57,036 nt of DNA from Pseudonocardiaceae bacterium. Its GTDB lineage: Bacteria > Actinomycetota > Actinomycetes > Mycobacteriales > Pseudonocardiaceae. Under the pieces are notes generated by a model, which saw only the letters and a program-made list of their open reading frames with translations, did no database searches and was not told where the DNA came from. The stretch lies in assembly GCA_050701375.1 (NCBI GenBank), contig JBOHFC010000266.1, positions 1 through 57,036 on the forward strand, written 5' to 3'. Made by a program: the position numbers and the translations under genes. Positions 39,471-47,806 of this stretch are shown here, in pieces. How positions within the stretch are numbered: the stretch's first letter is position 1; each line of letters begins with the position of its first letter.

Positions 39471-40393
39471 GCGTCTACCTCCAGCCGTGTCCCAGCAAGG
39501 CAGACGAACTTCACGATGTGCTCGCGCCGGCCAAGTTTGTGCAACGTCTCGCCGGGACCGGCGTCCCACACCCGCTCGACGCCGAGGTCACGGACCGCCT
39601 TGGTGGCGTCCAACCAGCGGACCGGCAGCAGCAGAGCCCGGATCAGCAATTCACGGAGTTCGCCCGGAGCGGTGTGCGGGCCGGCGTCGATAGTGGACAC
39701 CACGGTGGTACTGGCCGGTTTGAACGGCACAGCCTCCACGGCTTCGCGCCACAGCACGATGGCGTCAGCCATCAGCGGCGAATGAAAACTGCCGCCGACC
39801 GGCAGCACCTCGGCCAGTACCCCGAGCTCCCCTGCGATGGTCATGGCCTGCTGCGCGGTGTGGGTGTCACCCGAGAGCACGGTCTGCCGCCTGCCGTTGA
39901 GCCCGGCTAGTTCCAGCACGCCGCCGGAGCGGGCGATGGCCTGACGGCGGATCCATTCGATTCCGACCAGATCAGCGCCCATCACCGCGATCATGGAACC
40001 GGACCGCGCCTTCTGCTGTACGTAACAGATCTGGCCCCGGCGCTCGGCCAGTGCCAGCCCGTCCCACGGGTCGAGGACACCGGCCTGTGCCAGTGCGGTC
40101 AGCTCGCCGAGGCTGTGGCCGAGCACCGCAGCCGGGGAGGCGTCCTGGCCGAACATCTCCTCGACCGAGGCCAATCCGCACACGTAGGTCGCGGGTTGCG
40201 CCATCCTGGTGTCGTGAAGGTTCAATTCGGACGGATCGAGTGCGAAGTGGTCCAGGAACGCAGCCGCCAGCGGATGCTCGCGGTAGCGGGTCAGCGCGTC
40301 GATGGTGGCATCCAGCTTATTGCCCTGACCGGGAAACGCGATGGCCAGACCGTCCGCTGCGGACAGTTTCCGGGCGGGTTCGGCAGTGCTCAT
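39467..40393 (-). CDS. ACP S-malonyltransferase (FabD-like)
   Basis: AFPGQGN and LGHSLGELTALAQAG (GHSxG nucleophile elbow). ATGA overlap with the KR stop. Confidence 0.9.
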   Translation of the reverse strand: MSTAEPARKLSAADGLAIAFPGQGNKLDATIDALTRYREHPLAAAFLDHFALDPSELNLHDTRMAQPATYVCGLASVEEMFGQDASPAAVLGHSLGELTALAQAGVLDPWDGLALAERRGQICYVQQKARSGSMIAVMGADLVGIEWIRRQAIARSGGVLELAGLNGRRQTVLSGDTHTAQQAMTIAGELGVLAEVLPVGGSFHSPLMADAIVLWREAVEAVPFKPASTTVVSTIDAGPHTAPGELRELLIRALLLPVRWLDATKAVRDLGVERVWDAGPGETLHKLGRREHIVKFVCLAGTRLEVDA

Positions 40394-41130
40394 GAGATGG
40401 AGATCCCACCGTCGATGGAGAGCACCTGGCCGGTCATGTAGTCCGCGTCCAGCAGCAGCTCGACGCCTTTGGCGATTTCGTCCGGGGTGCCGAGGCGGCG
40501 GAACGCGGTGCGGTCCACAAGGGCCTTCCGCACCTCGTCAGGAACCTCCTCGGTGAGTTCAGTTGCCATCAGCCCCGGTGAAAGCGCGTTTACCGTCACT
40601 TTCCGCTTGCCGCATTCCAAGGCCAGCGAGCGGGTGAGCCCCATTACCCCAGCCTTGGACGCCGAGTAAGCGGTCTGGCCCTTGCTGCCGATCAGCCCGG
40701 CCGGCGAGACCACGTTGATGATCCGGCCCCAGCGCTGACGGAGCATGCTCGGCAGTACGGCCCGGCAAGTGTGAAAGGTGCCGATCAGGTTGACGTTGAT
40801 GGTGCGGGTCCAGTCGTCGACTGACTGGGTTGCCATCAAGCCGTCCATCCGCACTGCGCCGGAGTTGACCAGTACCGAGACCACGTCGAGCTCTTCGTGC
40901 ACCTGCTCGACCATCGCCTTTGCCGATGCCCAGTCCGCAATGTCGGCCTGGACCACCGCGCTCGGCAGGCTTAGCTCGGCGGCGACCTTCTTGGCACGGT
41001 CCAGGCCGCTGGTGTAGTGCAGCGCGAGCCGCAACCCGCGCCGATCCAATACCTTGGCCACCGCGGCACCGAACGCGCCGGACGCGCCGATGACCAGCGC
41101 GATCCTGTTCTCCTTGGGGTCGCCGATCAC
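40390..41130 (-). CDS. 3-oxoacyl-ACP reductase (FabG-like SDR)
   Basis: ALVIGASGAFGAAVA, NSGA, and YSASKAG catalytic Tyr/Lys. GTGA overlap with the upstream stop. Confidence 0.9.
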   Translation of the reverse strand: MIGDPKENRIALVIGASGAFGAAVAKVLDRRGLRLALHYTSGLDRAKKVAAELSLPSAVVQADIADWASAKAMVEQVHEELDVVSVLVNSGAVRMDGLMATQSVDDWTRTINVNLIGTFHTCRAVLPSMLRQRWGRIINVVSPAGLIGSKGQTAYSASKAGVMGLTRSLALECGKRKVTVNALSPGLMATELTEEVPDEVRKALVDRTAFRRLGTPDEIAKGVELLLDADYMTGQVLSIDGGISIS

Positions 41131-41828
41131 TGCGTCCTCGCAGTGGCTCGCGCGGCGGACAGCCAGGACTGCAAGGCGGCGACCGCACCTGCCGGGCGCG
41201 GCACCGCAGCCAGCGCCGCCAGCAGTTCGGACACGCCACCCAGGTCGTCCGGGCTTGCCCCGGCCGGGGCAAGCAGCACCGCGGCCGCGGTGGAGTCCAC
41301 GGTGTCCGGCAGCAAGTGCCGGTGCTCGTCGGCCACGTCGAAGGCGACTAGTAGGGCGCAGTCGGCGTTGCCGTCCACCAGATGACTCGCGGCGACCACG
41401 GTCATCAACGCGAGGCTGTCCACCTCGCCGGTGTAGTGCACATTGGGGCCGCGGAAACCACCCGCGATGGACAGCTGGCAGATCGGGTTGTTCGGCATCC
41501 GCTGGAGATAGTCGCCGACCCCTTTGGGGTGCAGGTAGAAGCTGCTGAGCTCGGCCTCGGACGGCTGGGCCGCGACCGGCTCAGGCTCCGGGGTGTCCGG
41601 GTCCCAACTGCTGACCGTCAGCAACGCTACCCGGTCCAGCTCGCCGATGGGCTGGTGCCGGTACAGGCTCAGCCCGGCCGCGAACGGTGCGAGGGAGACC
41701 CGTTCGAGCAGCCGGTTGACCTTACGATGGGCGTTTTCCCTGGCGTAGCGGCGCAAATCGTCCGGCAGCTCGCCGGCTCCGAGGGCGCCGACCACCCGGA
41801 TTTCATCGTTAGCTGCGGGTTTCGTCAT
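41127..41828 (-). CDS. short ketosynthase-like partner (CLF-like, no catalytic Cys)
   Basis: 233 aa, resembling only the N-terminal half of a thiolase fold. It has NNPICQLSIAGGFRGPNVHYTGE where a KS would carry the active-site Cys. It lies directly downstream of a KS and is a paralogue of 45343-46050. Confidence 0.7.
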   Translation of the reverse strand: MTKPAANDEIRVVGALGAGELPDDLRRYARENAHRKVNRLLERVSLAPFAAGLSLYRHQPIGELDRVALLTVSSWDPDTPEPEPVAAQPSEAELSSFYLHPKGVGDYLQRMPNNPICQLSIAGGFRGPNVHYTGEVDSLALMTVVAASHLVDGNADCALLVAFDVADEHRHLLPDTVDSTAAAVLLAPAGASPDDLGGVSELLAALAAVPRPAGAVAALQSWLSAARATARTQ

Positions 41829-41834
41829 CGCGTG

Positions 41835-42995
41835 TTAGACCTTCCCGAGAATCAGCGAGGCGTTGTGGCCGCCAAAACCGAAACTGTTGGTGATGACGTA
41901 GTTCAGTTCGAGTTCGCGCGCCTTTGGGATGTAGTCGAGGTCGCAAGCCGGGTCCGGCTCCTCGAAATTCGCCGTGGGCGGGACGACCCCGTCACGCAGC
42001 GCCTTCACGCAGATGATCGTTTCGATGGTTCCGGCGGGTGCCATGGTATGGCCGAGTACACCCTTGGAGGAACTGATCGGCACTTCTTCGGCGGCTTGGC
42101 CGAGCGCCTTACGGATGGCCAGCGTCTCGCACCAGTCGTTGTCCCTGGTGCTGGTGCCGTGCGCGTTGATGTAGTCGACGTCGGCTGGGCACAACCTCGC
42201 GTCGGCCAGTGCCCGGCTTATCGCATAGGACGGTCCGAGTGCGTCCGGTGGGGAGGCCACCGAGTGGTAGGCGTTCTGCGCGGAGCCGAAACCCCTGATC
42301 ACGGCCAGCGGATCGACACCCCGGGCGCGGGCGTGCCGTTCGGATTCCAGCACCACGAAACCGGCTCCTTCGGCCATCAAGAAACCGTCGCGGCGGGCGT
42401 CGAATGGGCAGCATGCCTCCGCTGGATCGCAGTCGCGCACGGTCATTGCATATAGCGAGCAGAAGGAGAAGAAGTCGACCTCGCGGAGCATCGAATCGGC
42501 GCCACCGGCCACCACCACGTCGGCTTGGCCGGACTGGATCAGTTTCACGCCGGAGCCGACCACGAGCGCACCGCTCGCGCAGGCTCCGTAGACTGAAGAC
42601 GCGCGCGCCGCACCGGACGCCTCGCGCATAGCGTCAACCACGTCCTGCACGTACGCGAGCAGCGGTCCGCGGCCGGGTCGCGGGAGCTGGCGTTCTCCGT
42701 GCGTGGCGACCAATGCGATGTCGATGGCGTCGGTATGTGGGGTCAGTCCGGCGTCGGCCAGCGCCTCAGCCAGCGCCGATTCGCCGAACTTGATTGCCAG
42801 TGAGGTGTCGGCCGGCGCCTCGTGCTCGTAGCCGGGCACCGGGGCGCCGAACTTGGCGGGGGCTTCGTACAGCGGGAACCGCTCGATCGGTCGACCGCAT
42901 GGGATGCCGTCGACCACGCGCTGCCAGGTGTCTTCGGCGGTCCAGCCGGCGGGGCTCACCACCCCGACGCCGGTGATCCAGACACCGTCAGACAC
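41835..42995 (-). CDS. beta-ketoacyl-ACP synthase (KS, FabF/type II PKS-like)
   Basis: YGACASGA (Cys), INAHGTSTRDND and LGHTMAPAG (His/His). The start is placed at GTG 42995 (VSDGVWITGVG) by analogy with paralogue KS2 (MSDGVWITGLG). An alternative GTG lies at 43013. Confidence 0.9.
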   Translation of the reverse strand: MSDGVWITGVGVVSPAGWTAEDTWQRVVDGIPCGRPIERFPLYEAPAKFGAPVPGYEHEAPADTSLAIKFGESALAEALADAGLTPHTDAIDIALVATHGERQLPRPGRGPLLAYVQDVVDAMREASGAARASSVYGACASGALVVGSGVKLIQSGQADVVVAGGADSMLREVDFFSFCSLYAMTVRDCDPAEACCPFDARRDGFLMAEGAGFVVLESERHARARGVDPLAVIRGFGSAQNAYHSVASPPDALGPSYAISRALADARLCPADVDYINAHGTSTRDNDWCETLAIRKALGQAAEEVPISSSKGVLGHTMAPAGTIETIICVKALRDGVVPPTANFEEPDPACDLDYIPKARELELNYVITNSFGFGGHNASLILGKV

Positions 42996-43138
42996 CGGCA
43001 ACCACCCCGTCACTCACCGAAATACCGACTTCACCCTCCAATGGAAGAATAAGCTTTAGCAAATCCGGTGAATTCACATTCCAGTGATCCCCCAGCAACC
43101 CTCGACCCAACGCCACTACCGCCCCCTTGTTGGTTCAG

Positions 43139-43225
43139 CGCAACCACATTTACGGAGCCGATTTAACCAGCAGCCTCGCCGGGCCCACAACCGAACGCAT
43201 CCACCGGCGACCCACAACCGCACAT
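43139..43225. promoter_or_regulatory. Conserved leader/promoter element A (paralogue of 47578-47665)
   Basis: caaccacatttacgg ... CCACAACCG (43185) ... CCACAACCG (43212) cacatacg. It has the same order and spacing as the element upstream of the ACP gene. An extra GAATTCACATT copy lies at 43070-43080. Confidence 0.5.
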
Positions 43226-43378
43226 ACGAATGTACGCCCAGCATTACGTGACGGCCGAGTCACGAAACGTGAGCCTCGATAACCAGGCACCAACCACACG
43301 ATCAAGAAATTCGCACCGAACCTGACGTAGTATGTCCGCGTAGTGTGTCCGCCCGGTTTGATGGATAAACGGGACCGC

Positions 43379-44080
43379 TCAGGCGGTGAGCACGACCGCC
43401 AAATGCGCACTGGGATGGGGCAGTGAGTGCACCCGCCACAAGCGGCCCGACGCGGTCAGCCGGTCCGGAAGTGGATGCAGGGGGCGGGCGAGGCCTTCTC
43501 CGGTCGCCTTGGTCAGCGCTTCCCAGCGCACCCAGGCAGCCAGAATGTTCGCGTCAGCCCGGTTCGCTCCCGACGGCAGCACCATCGCAGCGAGCTCGTC
43601 GGCATGGTGGATCGCTCGCGGACGCTCGATGTCCACCCCGAGTCGGCGGTTTGCCGCCGCAGCGACGGCGGTGTAGCGCCCGGAATGACTGAGACTGTGA
43701 AACCACTGGTCATTCCCGTCCGCGATCGGACTCGGATAACCCGTACTGTCCGCCGAGAAGGTCAGCTCACGCGGATCCGCGCCGAGACAGGCTGCCAGCA
43801 GCGACCGCCGCAGCGCGTGCGCCAGCACGTAGGACTCTCGTTTGCCGTCGCGATACCGAAGAGCCTTGTCCTTTTCCCTGCCGTCGAGCAACTCCAGCAG
43901 CTCGCCGACCTTTTCCCGGCTGACGCCGACTTCCGCGGTCCAGACCCACACCTGCGACGGCAGCCCCGCACCCTCGAACTCGAGCAACTCCCGGCAGCTC
44001 GCCTCCCACCGCTTTGGCCATTCCCCCACGCCCAAGGCCTCCGCCGGTATTCGTCGGCCTGGTCGGTTACCTGGCTTCAC
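43379..44080 (-). CDS. 4'-phosphopantetheinyl transferase (Sfp-type)
   Basis: LGVDIERP and WVRWEALTKATG motifs. 233 aa. Confidence 0.85.
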   Translation of the reverse strand: MKPGNRPGRRIPAEALGVGEWPKRWEASCRELLEFEGAGLPSQVWVWTAEVGVSREKVGELLELLDGREKDKALRYRDGKRESYVLAHALRRSLLAACLGADPRELTFSADSTGYPSPIADGNDQWFHSLSHSGRYTAVAAAANRRLGVDIERPRAIHHADELAAMVLPSGANRADANILAAWVRWEALTKATGEGLARPLHPLPDRLTASGRLWRVHSLPHPSAHLAVVLTA

Positions 44081-44089
44081 GGCGCGTTA

Positions 44090-44581
44090 CTACCCGTGTT
44101 TGCCGGCTTCCAGGTACTCCTTGGCATTGGCCAGTTCTTCAGGGACAGCCTTGTCGAGCCAACGGGTGAACAGAGGGTCGAACAGCCAGGCGAAAGGCTT
44201 CCTGAAGTCGAAGTTCAGCGCTCGAGTGACCAGGGTACCGTCCTCGGTCTCTTCGCAGGAGAAGAACCCGGTGAACGTCATCAGTGCGTCGGTCCAGGCG
44301 GGCACGCCGGAAATGTCGATGCGGTTACCCTTCCGCACCACGCGCTGGGTAGTACTGGGGCCGGGCAGGCCAAGCACCTTAGGGGAGAAGTGCAGGAGCA
44401 CACCTTCGCCGTCCTCGGCGTCTTTGATCGAGTGAATTTTGCCGAGTTTCTCGTCAACCTTGCGATATTCACGCAGGTCCATGACGAAATCAAGGATTTC
44501 TTTGGACGGTCGATGAACAACTATCTTGGCCTCACCGTAAGCCATTTCCGCTTCACCTTTCTGTGGCTGGATCAGTGCCAT
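44090..44581 (-). CDS. SRPBCC-fold protein (polyketide cyclase/dehydrase or lipid-binding family)
   Basis: 163 aa. Size and pattern (VVHRP..EILDFVMDL..Y...D........) fit Polyketide_cyc2-like proteins. This is family-level only. Confidence 0.6.
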   Translation of the reverse strand: MALIQPQKGEAEMAYGEAKIVVHRPSKEILDFVMDLREYRKVDEKLGKIHSIKDAEDGEGVLLHFSPKVLGLPGPSTTQRVVRKGNRIDISGVPAWTDALMTFTGFFSCEETEDGTLVTRALNFDFRKPFAWLFDPLFTRWLDKAVPEELANAKEYLEAGKHG

Positions 44582-44644
44582 TAAAGTAATTCTGGCCCTG
44601 TCGTCAATAGCGTTGACCGGTCGATTCGGCTACGGACCGGCGGA

Positions 44645-45346
44645 TCAGGCGGACACCACCCGGTAGATATTAACCCGGTCGTCCAATCCCAGTGGCGCTG
44701 GGTTCATACGACCGGTGGCCGCTAGCAGGAAATCCCGCGGATCGCCATCGACCAGGTCACCGCCGCCCCGGATATCGAGTGTCTCGATCCCGTCCAGTGC
44801 CAGTGTCGCCGGCCCCCAGCCCCACAGGCCCAGCGTCTCGGCCACATGCACCACACTCGCTCGCAGCCCGCCGCCCCGGTCTGGTTCGCGACCGATCGCG
44901 CTGAGCACATCGTCGCCGTGTACGTACAGTTCATACCAAAGTACGAGCACGGCCCGGCGGAGCGGGCCGGGGAATCCGCCGGGCGCCCTGCCGAGCCACG
45001 CCTCGTCGGTGAACCCGTCCAGCAATGTCCCGCACAACCGGCCGGCACGCTCAAGTTCCTTCGCCACCTTCCCCGGCGGCCGGCCCCGGCGGTCGGTGGC
45101 CTGCCCGGCGGTGACCTCGGGCAGCCCCTGGCCCTCCATCCGGCCCACCGCGACATCGCTGAACAACCCGGCGACGTGACCGCACACGTCCCTCACCTGC
45201 CAGCCCGTGCACCGGCTCGGTGTGGTCCACTCGGCGTCGCCCAGTGAACGTAGCAGGCGCACGAAATGGCCGCAGGACTCGGCGATCCCGGCAATCACCT
45301 CGGTACGCGGAAGCACTAGCGGCGGCTCGATCTGCCTGGCTCTCAC
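44645..45346 (-). CDS. DinB/mycothiol-dependent maleylpyruvate-isomerase-N-terminal-domain family protein
   Basis: F..LLRSLGDAEWTTPSRCTGWQVRDVCGHV is typical of the TIGR03083 family. The start is placed at GTG 45346 (GTGA overlap with the upstream stop). Confidence 0.65.
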   Translation of the reverse strand: MRARQIEPPLVLPRTEVIAGIAESCGHFVRLLRSLGDAEWTTPSRCTGWQVRDVCGHVAGLFSDVAVGRMEGQGLPEVTAGQATDRRGRPPGKVAKELERAGRLCGTLLDGFTDEAWLGRAPGGFPGPLRRAVLVLWYELYVHGDDVLSAIGREPDRGGGLRASVVHVAETLGLWGWGPATLALDGIETLDIRGGGDLVDGDPRDFLLAATGRMNPAPLGLDDRVNIYRVVSA

Positions 45347-46050
45347 CGGGCACCACCGGCGGCCAGGGTCGGCGGGTCGCCGCCAAATTTGGCCAGACAT
45401 TCCTCCAACGCGGTGAGTGCGGTCTTTCCAGCCTGTCCGGCCACGTCGGCGGTCGCGATTATCGCGGGCAGCACGTCCGGTTCCGCGCCCGTGGTGAGCG
45501 CCAGTGCGGCGGCCCGGCTGCTGGTCCGTCGGGAAGGGTTGCGCTGCTCATCCTCCGGCGGATCGTAGGCGACCACCAGCGCGAGCTTCGCGGCGCCGCT
45601 CGCCAGGTCCGCGCCCGCGGTGACCAGTGCCTGCCACAACGCTTGCGCATCACCGACCAGATGCACGTTCGGACCGCGGAATCCCTCCACAATGGACACC
45701 TGGCAGAGCGCGTTATTGGCCAGCATCCGGAGCCAGCCGGTGGGGTTGGCGTCCTCCAAGATATGCCGGCCAAGCCGGGCGTCGTCCTCGGCAGACCCGT
45801 TCGGGGTGAACGGCGGATCCGGCTGCGCGCCGTCCCAGCCGCTCACCGTGTACAGCGCGACATCCGCCGGATCGCAGCACGGATTCCGGCGGTAGGCGGT
45901 CGCAGCGGCGACGAACGGTGCCAGTGAAGCGCCGTCGAGGAAACGTAGCACCTTGCGGGGAGCGAACTCCTTGGCCAGCGCCCGCAGATCCTGCTCGTCA
46001 TGCTCGATGGTCGAATAGCTGGCGGCGATCATCATATTGTCGATACTCAT
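45343..46050 (-). CDS. short ketosynthase-like partner (CLF-like, no catalytic Cys)
   Basis: 235 aa with NNALCQVSIVEGFRGPNVHLVGD, a paralogue of 41127-41828. ATGA overlap with the KS2 stop. Confidence 0.7.
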   Translation of the reverse strand: MSIDNMMIAASYSTIEHDEQDLRALAKEFAPRKVLRFLDGASLAPFVAAATAYRRNPCCDPADVALYTVSGWDGAQPDPPFTPNGSAEDDARLGRHILEDANPTGWLRMLANNALCQVSIVEGFRGPNVHLVGDAQALWQALVTAGADLASGAAKLALVVAYDPPEDEQRNPSRRTSSRAAALALTTGAEPDVLPAIIATADVAGQAGKTALTALEECLAKFGGDPPTLAAGGAR

Positions 46051-47213
46051 GCCACCCGCCCGAATATTAGAGACGCGCTGTGCCCGCCGAAACCGAAACT
46101 ATTGCTGAGCACGTGGTGCAGCTCTTTTTCGCGGGAGCCCGACGCCACATAGTCCAGGTCGCACAACGGATCGGGGTGCTTCAGATTGGACGTCGGTGGC
46201 ACCACCGAATTCCGTAGCGCCTGCACCGACAAAGCGGCTTCGATGGCACCGCAGGCGCCCATGGTGTGCCCGAGCTGGCTTTTCGTCGAACTCACCGGCA
46301 CGTCGTCGGCCGCCGCACCGAGCACCGTCCGGATCGCCAGCGTCTCCGACGAGTCGTTGTCCTTGGTACTGGTGCCGTGCGCGTTGATCCAGTCGACGTC
46401 GGTCGCGTCCAGGCGGGCGTCGTCCAGCGCGCCGCGCATGGCGTACTCCAGGCCGAGGCCGTCCGGCGGCGGAGCGAACATGTGATAGGCGTTTTGCCGT
46501 AGTCCGAAACCCTCGGCTACCGCCAGCGGATCGGCGCCGCGCGCCTCGGCGTGCCGTCTGGATTCCAGCACCAGGAAGGCCGCACCCTCAGCGAGCACGA
46601 ACCCGTCCCGGTGGGCGTCGAAGGGACAGGATGCCTCCTCCGGTGGGCACTCCCGGGTGCTCATCACGTATAGGCTGGAAAAGGACATGTACTCGAACGG
46701 CACGATCAACGCGTCACAGCCGCCGGCGAGCACCACCTCCACCTGCCCGGTCTGGATCAGCCGCATGCCGACGCCGATCGCCTGTGCGCTCCCGGCGCAG
46801 GCGCCATACGGGGCACTGTATCGGCCGGTGCCGGCCACTTCGGCGACCTGCTCGGCAATATCCCGGATGCCGATCAGCTTGCCGGTGTCACCGCCGCGCG
46901 GCAGCCGGTTCTCACCGTGGTTGGCCACCAGCGAGACATCGACACTACCGGCTTCCCCAGCGGGGAGCTCGGCGTTGTTCAGTGCGGCACGAACCGCGTG
47001 CAGCCCGTATTCGAGCGACAGCGAGTAGTCCGGTAGCGGACCTTCCCGGCCGGGCACCATCCCGGCGACCCGACTGGACGACGAGTAGGTGGGAAACCGT
47101 TCTAGCTTGCGCACGCGAGAACTGCCGTCGGCCACGCATCGCCAAGTATCTTCGACGGTCCAGCCGCCGGGGCTGACCACCCCGAGGCCGGTGATCCAGA
47201 CGCCGTCAGACAT
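46047..47213 (-). CDS. beta-ketoacyl-ACP synthase (KS)
   Basis: YGACAGSA (Cys), INAHGTSTKDND and LGHTMGACG. It overlaps the ACP 3' end by 8 nt. Confidence 0.9.
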   Translation of the reverse strand: MSDGVWITGLGVVSPGGWTVEDTWRCVADGSSRVRKLERFPTYSSSSRVAGMVPGREGPLPDYSLSLEYGLHAVRAALNNAELPAGEAGSVDVSLVANHGENRLPRGGDTGKLIGIRDIAEQVAEVAGTGRYSAPYGACAGSAQAIGVGMRLIQTGQVEVVLAGGCDALIVPFEYMSFSSLYVMSTRECPPEEASCPFDAHRDGFVLAEGAAFLVLESRRHAEARGADPLAVAEGFGLRQNAYHMFAPPPDGLGLEYAMRGALDDARLDATDVDWINAHGTSTKDNDSSETLAIRTVLGAAADDVPVSSTKSQLGHTMGACGAIEAALSVQALRNSVVPPTSNLKHPDPLCDLDYVASGSREKELHHVLSNSFGFGGHSASLIFGRVA

Positions 47214-47550
47214 CGGCCACCGTCCGTTCCGCGATGAAGTCCACCACGTTGCCTACCGAAAGCCGCCGACTCACCTCGGCCAATTGGGAATCCGACAGCA
47301 CACCGTCCGAACTGACCTTCTCCGGCAGGAACCGCGCAAGCTCGGTCAGTAGCTGCTTGACTTCACCGTCATTCACCGAAATTCCGAATTCGCCCTTCAG
47401 TGAAAGGATAAGCTCCAGTAAGTCCAGCGAGTCCGCATCCAAGTCATCCACCAGCAATGAATCCAACTCGATCGTATCGGCGTCGATTTCCAGATGTTTC
47501 GCCATCTGTACTCGCAGCCGCTCGAAAATCTGCCCGCGATCCAGTGTCAT
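47206..47550 (-). CDS. acyl carrier protein with C-terminal extension
   Basis: LDADSLDLLELI phosphopantetheine-attachment DSL motif. 114 aa, against about 80-90 for typical ACPs. A GGGAGCGG RBS is present. Confidence 0.85.
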   Translation of the reverse strand: MTLDRGQIFERLRVQMAKHLEIDADTIELDSLLVDDLDADSLDLLELILSLKGEFGISVNDGEVKQLLTELARFLPEKVSSDGVLSDSQLAEVSRRLSVGNVVDFIAERTVADV

Positions 47551-47577
47551 CGGCCGCCGCTCCCTACCGGTCTTGTA

Positions 47578-47665
47578 GAATTCACATTTACGTCACACCG
47601 AGCCAACCACCACGACCGCCGCAGCCACAACCGCATCCCGCACCGCGCGCCCACAACCGCAGATA
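47578..47665. promoter_or_regulatory. Conserved leader/promoter element B (paralogue of 43139-43225) in the ACP / MaoC divergent region
   Basis: GAATTCACATTTACG (47578-47592) ... CCACAACCG (47625) ... CCACAACCG (47651) cagatacc. Confidence 0.5.
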
Positions 47666-47806
47666 CCCCGGCCATGCCGCGCTGCCGGAGGAGTACCGGG
47701 CCCGGGACCGACTCATTGCACCGGGTGATGGAGGCGATGGTGTTCGTGATCGACACCGACGCGCGGAGCGCCGCAGGAAAAGCGGGTTAAGTGGCCAGAC
47801 CCGCAC

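Noticed and set aside
43427-44584. 385-aa plus-strand ORF, plus similar long ORFs at 41382-42455, 37459-38442 and 36439-37200
   Set aside because: They lie opposite well-supported PPTase/SRPBCC, KS, SDR and PEP-utiliser genes. They are shadow ORFs.
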